DNA of 14,373 nucleotides from a virus: UHGV virus genome UHGV-1698782; one strand, 5' to 3'. Shown piece by piece: positions 1 to 7,335 of this stretch (position 1 is its first letter; each line of letters starts with the position of its first letter). The notes under the pieces were generated by a model. It saw only the letters and a program-made list of their open reading frames with translations, ran no database searches and was not told where the DNA came from. The position numbers and the translations under genes were made by a program.

Positions 1-83
1 GTCATATTCGCCCTGACTTTCCAGAACCATACGGACTGCTCGTTGACGGACTTCGGGGGAAAAACGAGTATTTTTAGTCATCC
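1..83 (-). CDS. IS3-family transposase OrfA, N-terminal part (partial)
   Basis: Minus-strand ATG at 83-81 gives MTKNTRFSPEVRQRAVRMVLESQGEYD, the typical helix-turn-helix N-terminus of IS3-family OrfA; runs off the window edge. Confidence 0.7.
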
Positions 84-135
84 TGTTTACCTCTTTCTCA
101 GGAAGTTTAGTCTCCAGGATTCCCGGGGCGGTTCA
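1..135 (-). mobile_element. Left end of an IS3-family insertion sequence (IS629/IS1203-like), partial; continues beyond the window start
   Basis: Minus-strand sequence from 135 downward reads TGAACCGCCCCGGGAATCCTGGAGACTAAACTTCCTGAGAAAGAGGTAAACAGG followed by ATG; I recognise this as an IS3-family terminal inverted repeat plus orfA leader from memory, not from a search. Confidence 0.65.
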
Positions 136-221
136 GTCTGGTAGTTCTGACGACGCATTTTTATTGCTGTATTGCGCTGTAATTCTTCGATTTCTGATGC
201 TGAATCAATGATGTCTGCCAT
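136..221 (-). pseudogene. TraR/DksA-family (lambda Orf73-like) gene, N-terminal fragment truncated by the IS insertion
   Basis: Minus-strand ATG at 221-219 gives MADIIDSASEIEELQRNTAIKMRRQNYQT, then the frame runs directly into the IS terminal repeat at 135. The acidic N-terminus followed by a basic stretch resembles TraR/DksA-type proteins. Confidence 0.45.
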
Positions 222-271
222 CTTCCATTAATCCCTGAATTGTTGGTTAATACGCTTGAGGATGAATGCGA

Positions 272-298
272 ACAATAAAAAAGGAGCCTGTAGCTCCC
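272..298 (-). terminator. Rho-independent terminator after the 320-601 gene
   Basis: Minus strand reads GGAGC-TACAG-GCTCC followed by TTTTTTATTG; the plus strand shows the complementary A-run at 275-282 before the stem. Confidence 0.5.
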
Positions 299-319
299 TG
301 ATGATTTTGCTTTTCATGT

Positions 320-601
320 TCACCGTTCCTTAAAGACGCCGTTTAACATACCGATTGCCAGACTTAAGTGAGTCGGTGTGAATCCCATCAGCGTTACCGT
401 TTCGCGGTGCTTCTTCAGTACACTACGGCAAATGTCATCGACGTTTTTATCCGGAAACTGCTGTCTGGCTTTTTTGATTTCAGAATTAGCCTGACGGGCA
501 ATGCTGCGAAGGGCGTTTTCCTGCTGAGGTGTCATTGAACAAGTCCCATGTCGGCAAGCATAAGCACACAGAATATGAAGCCCGCTGCCTGAAAAATCCA
601 T
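320..601 (-). CDS. Hypothetical small phage protein (start uncertain; ORF is open up to 634)
   Basis: ORF track 320..634; the ATG at 601 lies 10 nt after the Dam stop. No recognisable motif. Followed by the terminator at 272-298. Confidence 0.45.
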   Translation of the reverse strand: MDFSGSGLHILCAYACRHGTCSMTPQQENALRSIARQANSEIKKARQQFPDKNVDDICRSVLKKHRETVTLMGFTPTHLSLAIGMLNGVFKER

Positions 602-611
602 TCCGTCGATG

Positions 612-1169
612 TCATGCAGCCTCCCGACGGGCAAGAATCCTTGAGCCGAACGCCATCAACTCTCCACGATCAACGGTCGTAAAGTGGCAGTGTGTACGGG
701 GGTATGGGTGCCAGATAATGAGCATCGAGCCTTTATTATTTCCACTGACGGGTTTCTCAGTGAGTGGGTTAATAAATGCCAGTCGTCCTGCCGTGATGAA
801 TCTGACCTCACTGGCGGTTTGTATCGCTTCATGAAACCATCCGACAGATGTGTCAGCAGGCAATAACATTACACATCCCACACTACTGAATTTGTTTTCA
901 GTGGCTGCCTTTTTCACAAAAGGGGAAATATTGCTGTATGGTGGATTCAACCAGACATAACCAGAGGCATATCCCATTGCTTCAGGCCATGAAGTGGTTA
1001 ATGTGTTCTGCTCCTGTGAGATAAAAAGCCGACATAGTCGGTTTTTTTCGCTGGCGGCAGCATCAAGTTGAAAAACGAACTCTGCATTAAGCGCAGCAAA
1101 AATCTCTGGTGGTGTGCGCCAGCTGTCGCGATGTTCGGCAGGAGTATTGCTTCCGGTGAAATCAGTCAT
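612..1169 (-). CDS. dam: Phage Dam-type DNA N6-adenine methyltransferase
   Basis: 185 aa with FQLDAAAS (AdoMet-binding motif I type) and the catalytic NPPY motif (VWLNPPYSN); the size and motif order fit the small phage Dam family. Confidence 0.8.
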   Translation of the reverse strand: MTDFTGSNTPAEHRDSWRTPPEIFAALNAEFVFQLDAAASEKNRLCRLFISQEQNTLTTSWPEAMGYASGYVWLNPPYSNISPFVKKAATENKFSSVGCVMLLPADTSVGWFHEAIQTASEVRFITAGRLAFINPLTEKPVSGNNKGSMLIIWHPYPRTHCHFTTVDRGELMAFGSRILARREAA

Positions 1170-1323
1170 ACAGCCCCCGTTTATTATTTATCGCCTCAGC
1201 CAGCCGCTGTGCTTTCAGTGGATTTCTGATAACAGAAAGGCCGGGAAATACCCAGCCTCGCTTTGTAACGGAGTAGATGAAAGTGATCGCGCCTACCCGG
1301 ATATTATCGTGAGGATGCTTCAT
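1162..1323 (-). CDS. Small hypothetical protein (53 aa), translationally coupled between exo and dam
   Basis: Its ATG at 1323-1321 overlaps the exo stop (ATGA) and its stop overlaps the dam start region; translation [53 protein letters not shown]. Too short to appear in the ORF track. Confidence 0.4.
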   Translation of the reverse strand: MKHPHDNIRVGAITFIYSVTKRGWVFPGLSVIRNPLKAQRLAEAINNKRGLYD

Positions 1324-2000
1324 CGCCATTGCTCCCCAAATACAAAACCAATTTCAGCCAGTGCCACGTCCATTTTTTCGATGAACTCCGGCACCATCTC
1401 GTCAAAATTCGCCATGTACTTTTCATCCCGCTCGACCACGACATAATGCAGGCCTTCACGCTTCATACGTGGGTCGTAGTTGGCGAAGTACCAGGCGTCC
1501 TTGTCTGTAACCCACATGCTGAATTGCACCTGGGCCATGTAAGCAGGCTTGATAGCGTCAAAGCCGCCAAGCCGGAATTTCATGAAGTCGCGGGAAGTAA
1601 AAGGGCATTTAAGCTCAAGACCGTTACCGTCACTGCATAAACCATCGGGAGAGCAGGCGGTGCGCATGCTTTCGTCACGAAAAATTATTGGCGTTTCCGA
1701 GACGGTAACATCCGCGATAAATTCGAAGAGGGCACGGGCATCATCTTCGTATTGCTTTCCCCATGCGAGCGACTTAGCGTTAACTTCCGGTGCCACGCCA
1801 GTACAAACTTCAGCCAGCAGGGTGTGGAAGTATGACATTTTTGTATCAGGCCATTTGCTGCCTGAACGTGGTTTGGCTATGACGTTGTGAACTTCTGAAG
1901 CAGTGATAACACCGAGTCTCAGCTTGTGCCATCCATCATCGCCCTGGTCGAGGCTGGTAATATCCACGCCAGTTCGCTGGAGAATAATTTCTGGTGTCAT
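1320..2000 (-). CDS. exo: Lambda-type 5'-3' exonuclease (Red-alpha)
   Basis: 226 aa, near-identical in pattern to lambda Exo as I remember it ([11 protein letters not shown]...[28 protein letters not shown]...GFVFGEQWR); ATGA overlap with the upstream recombinase stop, as in lambda bet/exo. Confidence 0.95.
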   Translation of the reverse strand: MTPEIILQRTGVDITSLDQGDDGWHKLRLGVITASEVHNVIAKPRSGSKWPDTKMSYFHTLLAEVCTGVAPEVNAKSLAWGKQYEDDARALFEFIADVTVSETPIIFRDESMRTACSPDGLCSDGNGLELKCPFTSRDFMKFRLGGFDAIKPAYMAQVQFSMWVTDKDAWYFANYDPRMKREGLHYVVVERDEKYMANFDEMVPEFIEKMDVALAEIGFVFGEQWR

Positions 2001-2947
2001 GACACGGCCTCGCTGTTATTTTCCGTGGTGGCGTGAACTTTCGCTTCCGCCGTGGCCTTGTTTCTGGCAGCTTTCTTTTTGACAAAATCCAGCGTTTTGA
2101 CGGCTTCTTCCTGCGTGAGATCTTCATGTGATGCAATCGTGCGACGGAATGTTTTGGAACATACGGGGAGAAGGTCATCCCATTTCTTGTTGATTTCGGT
2201 GATTGCCTGAGTGATCTCATTGATAATCTCATCTGATGCGGGAGTGACGTCGCGCTCAGGGATGTGATCAGCATTCAGGATAATACCTTCACCGGCCTGA
2301 GTGTTCAGGTAGTCGATAGCTGTATCCAGGCGATCGCGACGGGGCCAGTATTTGCTGGCGCGTTTAACAATGGCTTTGCGGGCCATTTCATCGGGGAAAC
2401 TATCCCACGGGCTACTTCCTCCGTTATTTCCGGCTTTGCTGCACGCCCTGATGACCTCGATTTCCCTGTTGCTCATCTCTTCGGTCAGATAGTCGCCTTC
2501 GGATGTTTTTACGACACAATAACCGCCAATGCGTGCGCCCCTGTCTACGAATGGGTTGTATTTGTGCGTGGGGGCGCAGTCAATACCGTTGGACTCGTAA
2601 ATGTCCTTCTCGTAAACAAGTTTGCATTGCCCCCACTGAATGGCTCCTGTGACCTGTGCCAGATGCAGAAGCCCCATATAACTGATATCCAGGCATACAG
2701 CCTTTTTTCGTGGGACCAGATACGCCAGCTTGCTGGCCGGGTTCAGGGTTATGCCGATGGCGGCAACATTGATGATAGCGTTCTGTGCGCTGGGCAGATT
2801 TGCCCGTGCTGTGTCAGCCAGAAAGGCATTTTTCTGGAATTGCTGAATTGCAAACTGACTTTCCTTCGCCCATGTCAGCGTCGGTTCAGTTAATGCCTCG
2901 CAGAAAAAGCGCTCCTGCTGCTTAACAAATTCAACGATATCGAACAT
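1997..2947 (-). CDS. recT: RecT-family single-strand annealing recombinase with a Bet-like C-terminal tail
   Basis: Core contains RecT-like motifs ([27 protein letters not shown]); the C-terminal ~70 aa ([17 protein letters not shown]...[14 protein letters not shown]...[18 protein letters not shown]) resembles the lambda Bet C-terminus. Start set at the ATG at 2947 (MFDIVEF...), 17 nt after the upstream gene stop; the 3016 start in the track would overlap that gene. Confidence 0.85.
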   Translation of the reverse strand: MFDIVEFVKQQERFFCEALTEPTLTWAKESQFAIQQFQKNAFLADTARANLPSAQNAIINVAAIGITLNPASKLAYLVPRKKAVCLDISYMGLLHLAQVTGAIQWGQCKLVYEKDIYESNGIDCAPTHKYNPFVDRGARIGGYCVVKTSEGDYLTEEMSNREIEVIRACSKAGNNGGSSPWDSFPDEMARKAIVKRASKYWPRRDRLDTAIDYLNTQAGEGIILNADHIPERDVTPASDEIINEITQAITEINKKWDDLLPVCSKTFRRTIASHEDLTQEEAVKTLDFVKKKAARNKATAEAKVHATTENNSEAVS

Positions 2948-2963
2948 TTTTTGGTCCTGAAAA

Positions 2964-3245
2964 TCAGAAAGGACAGGGGGAGAATTTTCTCTCCCATTCT
3001 TCTTCCGCCCGAGCATAGGCGATCGCTGAGATATAATCGTTGTACGCCTCTTCAGCTTTTTCGCCAGTGAGTGCCAGTTGGGCTTCTTTGGGTAAAAAAA
3101 GGCTGCTCATAAGCAATGGTTTATCGGGGAACATGCTGATAAGCTCCTGCGCCCGATCATCAATCCATTTATCCTTTTCATCCTGAATTTGCTGATTAAT
3201 CCAGCGACGCTCCTCTATGCGGTCGCAGGTGAGGTATGCGTTCAT
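2964..3245 (-). CDS. Gam-like host nuclease inhibitor candidate (93 aa)
   Basis: Sits in the gam position directly upstream of the recombinase; strong RBS (AGGAG, 7 nt before ATG); the N-terminus MNAYLTCDRIEERRW resembles lambda GamS MNAYYIQDRLEAQSW, but overall similarity is weak. Confidence 0.5.
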   Translation of the reverse strand: MNAYLTCDRIEERRWINQQIQDEKDKWIDDRAQELISMFPDKPLLMSSLFLPKEAQLALTGEKAEEAYNDYISAIAYARAEEEWERKFSPCPF

Positions 3246-3265
3246 GGCGGAACTCCTGATTCCGG

Positions 3266-3547
3266 TTAATGCATTAAATTAATTTGTCGGGAAAGCTGAC
3301 ATACAGGGCAGTTACATTCTTCCTCCTGCTCCTTAGCGAAGAAATATGCAGCGGCCTGTAATGCGATGTCTTCTGGATGTTCTGCGATAAACATAACATT
3401 GCCTTCCGTATCAATAACAGAAATAGCCTCATCAGACAGGACGACAAAATAGGCGATGATTTTATCATCCATAAAAACTTCTCCCATTATCGTTCCTGCT
3501 GGAGTTACGACGCTTTTTACATTGATATTTATTTTTTGATTGAGCAT
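3266..3547 (-). CDS. Hypothetical phage early protein (93 aa) with a C-terminal CxCPxC motif
   Basis: RBS AAGGA 6 nt upstream of the ATG at 3547; the sequence ends ...EECNCPVCQLSRQ. Occupies the kil/cIII region of the leftward operon. Confidence 0.55.
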   Translation of the reverse strand: MLNQKININVKSVVTPAGTIMGEVFMDDKIIAYFVVLSDEAISVIDTEGNVMFIAEHPEDIALQAAAYFFAKEQEEECNCPVCQLSRQINLMH

Positions 3548-3558
3548 GATATTTCCTT

Positions 3559-3771
3559 TCAGGCTGGTGAGATTAACGGTTGGCCTTTATTGTTCAGGTA
3601 AATTTCTATTGCATCTGATATAATGCGAATTTTTTCAATCAGTGAATGAGCGTAAAGTGCATTATTAACGTTCGCTGACGCCATGTAATAACGCCCGTTG
3701 TAAAGAATTGCTGTGCCGGGTTTAACGTCCTCGCGAGAAACTAATGCGGTTCCGTAGTGAGGTTTGAGCAT
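3559..3771 (-). CDS. Hypothetical phage early protein (70 aa)
   Basis: Strong RBS GGAGG 7 nt upstream of the ATG at 3771; no recognisable motif. Confidence 0.55.
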   Translation of the reverse strand: MLKPHYGTALVSREDVKPGTAILYNGRYYMASANVNNALYAHSLIEKIRIISDAIEIYLNNKGQPLISPA

Positions 3772-3841
3772 GACAAATCCTCCGGTTAATTAATCCAGAT
3801 ATTTAATTTAATCCCCGATATGTGGTCGGGGATGGGGTTAA

Positions 3842-4489
3842 TTAAAGATTAACGTTGAAACCAAAGCGGGAAGACTTTTCCGATGTGCGGGAAATATCCA
3901 GCAATTTACGGCGCATTTCTTCCGTCAGATGTTTGAAGGCGTTAAATTCAGCGACAGCTGCGTCGACGTTATAGCCCTTGCTGTGTAGCTCGTTGAGGAT
4001 GCGCATAGTTGGGCTTGGCATATCGAAGAGCACGGAAGCATCAAGGCTGATAACCTTGCGATCAACATAGTTCATCGTGGCATAGGGGTGATGCTCTGAA
4101 AACCACGACAAAGGGAAATTGATATTCATCGCAGGAGAAGACAGGGCCAGTTGTTTCTGTTCCCATAGTTGTTTTTCCATGCGATCGAATTCAGCAATGT
4201 AGGCTTCCTTGAATGCAGCTGCTTTTTTGCCGGTGAAGCCCATCACCAGAAAAACGAAGCCGTTTTTGGTGATTTGGTACATTGGGAGTTTGCGCCCGGT
4301 TGAGTCGGTGTATTTACTCGACACAAAATTGTGTTCAGTAAATTCAATCGAACATTCCAGATTGCGAACTTTATCAATTACACGTTCGTGTCGTTTGTCA
4401 AAGAAATTTGCAATAGCAACAGATGTTGTGACGGCACGACCATTCTGAATGGTGATTTCAGGTTGAGAAAGGGCAGGGATAGTAGCCAT
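3842..4489 (-). CDS. rha: Rha-family phage regulatory protein / antirepressor-like
   Basis: N-terminal region QPEITIQNGRAVTTSVAIANFFDKRHERVIDKVRNL is typical of the Rha domain. Start chosen at the internal ATG at 4489 (MATIPALSQPE...), preceded by a consensus RBS AAGGAGG; the longer 4627 start in the track would span a terminator. Confidence 0.75.
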   Translation of the reverse strand: MATIPALSQPEITIQNGRAVTTSVAIANFFDKRHERVIDKVRNLECSIEFTEHNFVSSKYTDSTGRKLPMYQITKNGFVFLVMGFTGKKAAAFKEAYIAEFDRMEKQLWEQKQLALSSPAMNINFPLSWFSEHHPYATMNYVDRKVISLDASVLFDMPSPTMRILNELHSKGYNVDAAVAEFNAFKHLTEEMRRKLLDISRTSEKSSRFGFNVNL

Positions 4490-4653
4490 AATGGCAGCCT
4501 CCTTGATTGGTGATTGAGAACCACCGCAGGAGGTCCTAAGCTCGCTGGCGGTGGACTGTACAGGGTTAGGACTACTGGCAATCAAGGGAACCAGCCCGAC
4601 CGAAGTCGGCCCCATACAGCCCACCATTGATAAGATGTGCGTGTATGTCGATA

Positions 4654-4676
4654 CAAAAAAAGACGCTGGCGCGTCT
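4654..4676 (-). terminator. Strong rho-independent terminator on the minus strand, upstream of rha
   Basis: Minus strand: AGACGC-GCCA-GCGTCT hairpin (6 bp stem, 4 nt loop) followed by a run of seven U; the plus strand shows the A-run at 4655-4661. Confidence 0.65.
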
Positions 4677-4731
4677 GTATCGCCTCGATTGTCAGCGGGG
4701 TCCTAATCCCGACACCCGTTTTATGAGGTGC
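4677..4731 (-). ncRNA. Candidate ~75-80 nt small RNA or attenuated leader, from promoter P2 to the terminator at 4654-4676
   Basis: A near-consensus promoter sits immediately upstream and an intrinsic terminator about 75 nt downstream; no ORF with an RBS lies in between. Coordinates cover the transcript body; the terminator is listed separately. Confidence 0.3.
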
Positions 4732-4737
4732 TCGCCC

Positions 4738-4766
4738 AATATAGCCCCGACATCACACGCAGTCAA
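4738..4766 (-). promoter_or_regulatory. Near-consensus sigma70 promoter (P2) firing leftward toward rha
   Basis: Minus strand: TTGACT (4766-4761), 17 nt spacer, TATATT (4743-4738). Confidence 0.5.
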
Positions 4767-5179
4767 TACCGTCCTTTCTCGGAAATGCTTTGGCGATGTG
4801 GCAGGTGGGAGACCCATTTCGACCCGATTCGGCCTACTTATCTTCAGCAATAGTCCCTCGGGCCTCGCCGCTTTACGTGCGACATATTCCCGTCCATGAA
4901 CCCTTCACCACACCCCAAAACATTCCCTGTATTGGTCAGCGCCAACTTCCTGCCAGTGTTGCCCGTTCTCACGCCGTTCTCGCTCTCGCGCGGGGATACT
5001 CTCTCATCGACCGGATCGCACCCGATGATACAGCACGTTTACGTGTAGGGGTCTAAACAGGTCATTGACGCTGTAAAGCTCCAGATTGTTAAAGAGCATT
5101 TTGCGGCGGGTTAAGTCGCGCCGTACGACTGATTTATGTAGCCCTGTGTAAGGGCGCGATGTTTCTGGCTTGAAATAAA

Positions 5180-5231
5180 TATAACTTGCGGTGATTTTTG
5201 TGTAAATACCGTTGGTGGTTATTGGGGTCAA
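5180..5231 (-). promoter_or_regulatory. Candidate PL promoter with an OL-like operator
   Basis: Minus strand: TTGACC (5231-5226), 16 nt spacer, TATTTA (5209-5204), followed by the 17-mer AATCACCGCAAGTTATA (5196-5180), which shares the TATCACC-type half-site with the operator at OR (8417-8433). Confidence 0.45.
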
Positions 5232-5305
5232 AAAAATATTACTTAACTGATTTTTAAAGTGATTTATTTTTCAAGGGGGCGGTTAGCGGAGTGCGGTCAA
5301 AGAAA

Positions 5306-5331
5306 AGCCGGCGCGGGCCGGTTACTCTGTG
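5306..5331 (-). terminator. Minus-strand rho-independent terminator (t-imm-like) ahead of the PL candidate
   Basis: Minus strand: AACCGGC-CCGC-GCCGGCT hairpin followed by TTTCTTTG. Confidence 0.45.
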
Positions 5332-5417
5332 TGAGATTTGGCGTGAGGGAAAAGCCCCCGGATAACACCAGGAAAAGCAGCGAACAGTCAAAGAGAACCC
5401 AGCGGGCTTGGTGGCTT

Positions 5418-5446
5418 TTGACAAAAACACTGCCTGTAACTATAAT
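5418..5446 (+). promoter_or_regulatory. Consensus sigma70 promoter for hicAB
   Basis: TTGACA (5418-5423), 17 nt spacer, TATAAT (5441-5446); both hexamers match consensus exactly. Confidence 0.65.
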
Positions 5447-5481
5447 TAGTTGCAATGTAGCGAAGATGAGATTATGTGGGT

Positions 5482-5730
5482 ATGGGGAAAGCAGATAAGC
5501 TACTGGAAAAGTTTTTAAACAGTAAAAAAACGTTTGAATGGGATGAGCTGGTCGTTTTGTTTTCCTCTCTGGGAGATGTCAAAAAGGAAATGCAGGGCTC
5601 AAGAGTGCGGTTTTTCAATGCTGAAATCAACCACACCATATTAATGCATCGCCCACATCCAGAAAGTTATATTAAAGGTGGAACGCTGAAAGCGATTAAA
5701 CAGAATCTGAAAGAGGCTGGGGTATTATGA
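5482..5730 (+). CDS. hicA: HicA-family type II toxin (mRNA interferase)
   Basis: C-terminal signature GSRVRF...HRPHPESYIKGGTLKAIKQNLKEAG matches the HicA/YcfA fold pattern (GSH...HxPHP...GTL..I.KQ..AG). ATG at 5482 preferred; the track start at 5476 is a GTG. Confidence 0.8.
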   Translation: MGKADKLLEKFLNSKKTFEWDELVVLFSSLGDVKKEMQGSRVRFFNAEINHTILMHRPHPESYIKGGTLKAIKQNLKEAGVL

Positions 5731-6071
5731 AGCATCTAAAATATAAAGGGTATTTAGGTACAGTAGAACCAGATTTTGAAAATAATATCCTGTACGGAAA
5801 ACTGGCGTTTATTCGAGACCTGGTAACTTATGAGGCTTCTACATTAGCTGAACTGGAACAGGAGTTTAAGACATCGGTTGAGCTGTATTTACAGTCTTGT
5901 GTGGAGGATGGAAAGGAGCCTGATACCCCGTTTAAAGGTGTGTTTAACGTCAGGCTTGATCCAGAACTGCATCGTCGGGTAGCAGAAATGGCGATGGAAG
6001 AAGATTTATCACTGAACGCCTTTGTTAATAAGGCGCTGGAAAAAGAAGTCAACCATCACACAGGGGCTTAA
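5727..6071 (+). CDS. hicB: HicB-family antitoxin with a C-terminal ribbon-helix-helix region
   Basis: 4-nt ATGA overlap with hicA; the motif KGVFNVRLDPELHRRVAEMAMEEDLSLNAFVNKALEKEV is typical of HicB; toxin-first gene order is characteristic of hicAB. Confidence 0.8.
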   Translation: MKHLKYKGYLGTVEPDFENNILYGKLAFIRDLVTYEASTLAELEQEFKTSVELYLQSCVEDGKEPDTPFKGVFNVRLDPELHRRVAEMAMEEDLSLNAFVNKALEKEVNHHTGA

Positions 6072-6160
6072 TGTTCCCTTCGTCTTTGACATCCTCACCG
6101 CCACGAAGAATGGGGAATTTACGGCGCACTGGTAAATGGTGGGGCGAGCAGGAGGCAAAC

Positions 6161-6190
6161 AAAACCCGGCACCAAGGCCGGGTTTTGTTA
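6161..6190. terminator. Bidirectional rho-independent terminator between the convergent hicAB and protease genes
   Basis: AAAACCCGGC-ACCAAG-GCCGGGTTTT: a GC-rich 6 bp stem extended by A/T pairs, with a T-run on the plus side and an A-run (U-run on the minus strand) on the other. Confidence 0.65.
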
Positions 6191-6231
6191 TTGGTGCATT
6201 TGGCAGGTTGTAATATCTGGTCCATAAGCCA

Positions 6232-6264
6232 AAGTAAAAACAGGCTTGTTGATCAAGCCCCTGT
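6232..6264 (-). terminator. Probable minus-strand terminator directly after the protease gene
   Basis: Minus strand: ACAGGGGCTTG-ATCAA-CAAGCCTGT imperfect hairpin followed by TTTTTACTTT. Confidence 0.4.
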
Positions 6265-6358
6265 TCTTTAATGATTGAATCATTTTTCCTTGCTCGCTAA
6301 CTTTTTGCTTGCTAAGTATTTCTTCCACTTGTTGTGTCAGGGATTTGTCTTTGTTCAT

Positions 6359-7270
6359 TTATGACTCACTTTGTTCTGGAAAAGGGAAAGAAGACAGAAC
6401 AAGAACCTGTCGATTTGTTTTATACATGTATTCATTAATGACGTTATGTATATTTTTTAACGCCATGCTAAAATCTTTATCGTATGTAAAGTCTTCTACT
6501 TTTATCCTTAAGTCATTGATAAGAGTGTTTATTCCTATCGTTCTTCCGTGAGAATGCCACTTTCCGTTGTCACTAAGAGCGGTAGCGATCATTTTAGCCC
6601 TCGCTTCCTTTTCCCTCTTGGTAACTAGCTTTCCTCGTTTTGTGTTACCCTGATGAACTGTCCACTCTCTAAATTTATACTCCACAAGCCATTTCTTAAG
6701 CAAGTCTATTGATAGTTCTCTGGCTTGCTCATATCTCCGCAAGTGCGCCAGATCTAACTGACTAAGCATCATCAGTTCAGCTTGGGTAATGGTTCCTTCT
6801 CTGGATTTATTAATCATTTCTTCAACTTTATCAAGGTATCCCAAAGCGGGAACCCATTTACCGTCCGACGATTGCACTTGAGGATCAATAGGTCCTAATG
6901 AAGAAGCATAGTCCATGTAAATTTTATCTCCAGACATGCACCATATTGTACCTGCCGACATAGCCATGTCTGGAATGATAAAATATACCTCTTGGTAGAA
7001 ATGCCTTGTAATTTCTACCATTTTTTCTACAGACTCAACAGAACCACCGTTTGTATTGAGTATAATAACAAGAAATTTATTGGTACGACTGTTAGCCATC
7101 TCACCAATAGCTTCAAGTTTTGGCTGGTAAACTTCTTTTGACCATGGAAAGATGCCACCGTAGTACGCAATGACGTCACAGTTTGGGAAAAATTTATCCT
7201 TAAATTGCTCTAACTGCCAAGAGATGTATGTTTCTAGTGTTGAATCAAGATTTTGGCTCATTTGATACAA
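6359..7270 (-). CDS. SDH/S49-type ClpP-fold serine protease-like protein (303 aa), low-GC accessory gene
   Basis: Motifs ILNTNGGSV, IPDMAMSAGT (candidate nucleophilic Ser) and GDKIYMDYASSLGPIDPQV match the SppA/SDH serine protease core as I recall it; the gene is markedly AT-rich versus its neighbours and flanked by terminators. Confidence 0.7.
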   Translation of the reverse strand: MYQMSQNLDSTLETYISWQLEQFKDKFFPNCDVIAYYGGIFPWSKEVYQPKLEAIGEMANSRTNKFLVIILNTNGGSVESVEKMVEITRHFYQEVYFIIPDMAMSAGTIWCMSGDKIYMDYASSLGPIDPQVQSSDGKWVPALGYLDKVEEMINKSREGTITQAELMMLSQLDLAHLRRYEQARELSIDLLKKWLVEYKFREWTVHQGNTKRGKLVTKREKEARAKMIATALSDNGKWHSHGRTIGINTLINDLRIKVEDFTYDKDFSMALKNIHNVINEYMYKTNRQVLVLSSFPFPEQSES

Positions 7271-7335
7271 TACCTTGTTATATTAACAATTTACTATAAG
7301 ATGTTGCACCATAGTTTTCGTTAATCACAACTAAA

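Noticed and set aside
529-866. Plus-strand ORFs 529..834 and 684..866
   Set aside because: They lie antisense within the dam and 320-601 genes, lack RBSs and have no protein-like composition; shadow ORFs.
1114-1890. Plus-strand ORFs 1114..1446, 1329..1640 and 1549..1890
   Set aside because: Antisense shadows of exo and the small coupled ORF; the minus-strand gene is unambiguous lambda Exo.
1936-2893. Arg/Lys-rich minus-strand ORF 1936..2274 and plus-strand ORF 2264..2893
   Set aside because: Both overlap the recombinase in other frames. The basic ORF briefly looked like an N-type arginine-rich motif protein, but it sits inside recT with no RBS or promoter context.
2948-3016. Longer recombinase start at 3016 (MLGRKKNG...)
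   Set aside because: It would overlap the upstream Gam-like gene by about 50 nt; the ATG at 2947 sits just after that gene's stop and the homology begins there.
4490-4627. Longer Rha start at 4627 (MVGCMGPTSV...)
   Set aside because: The extension has no Rha homology and lacks an RBS, whereas the ATG at 4489 has a consensus AAGGAGG and begins the conserved domain.
4627-5056. Plus-strand ORFs 4627..4899 and 4790..5056 in the GC-rich interval
   Set aside because: Pro/Arg/Ser-rich low-complexity translations typical of GC-rich non-coding DNA; no RBS; they run against the promoter and terminator, which point leftward.
5004-5231. Minus-strand 75-aa ORF, considered as a possible N-like antiterminator
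   Set aside because: It starts at a TTG inside the promoter hexamers, has no N-terminal arginine-rich motif, and its first ATG (31 aa) lacks an RBS.
5259-5498. Plus-strand ORF 5259..5498
   Set aside because: It spans the minus-strand terminator and the hicAB promoter and ends inside the hicA start region; artefactual.
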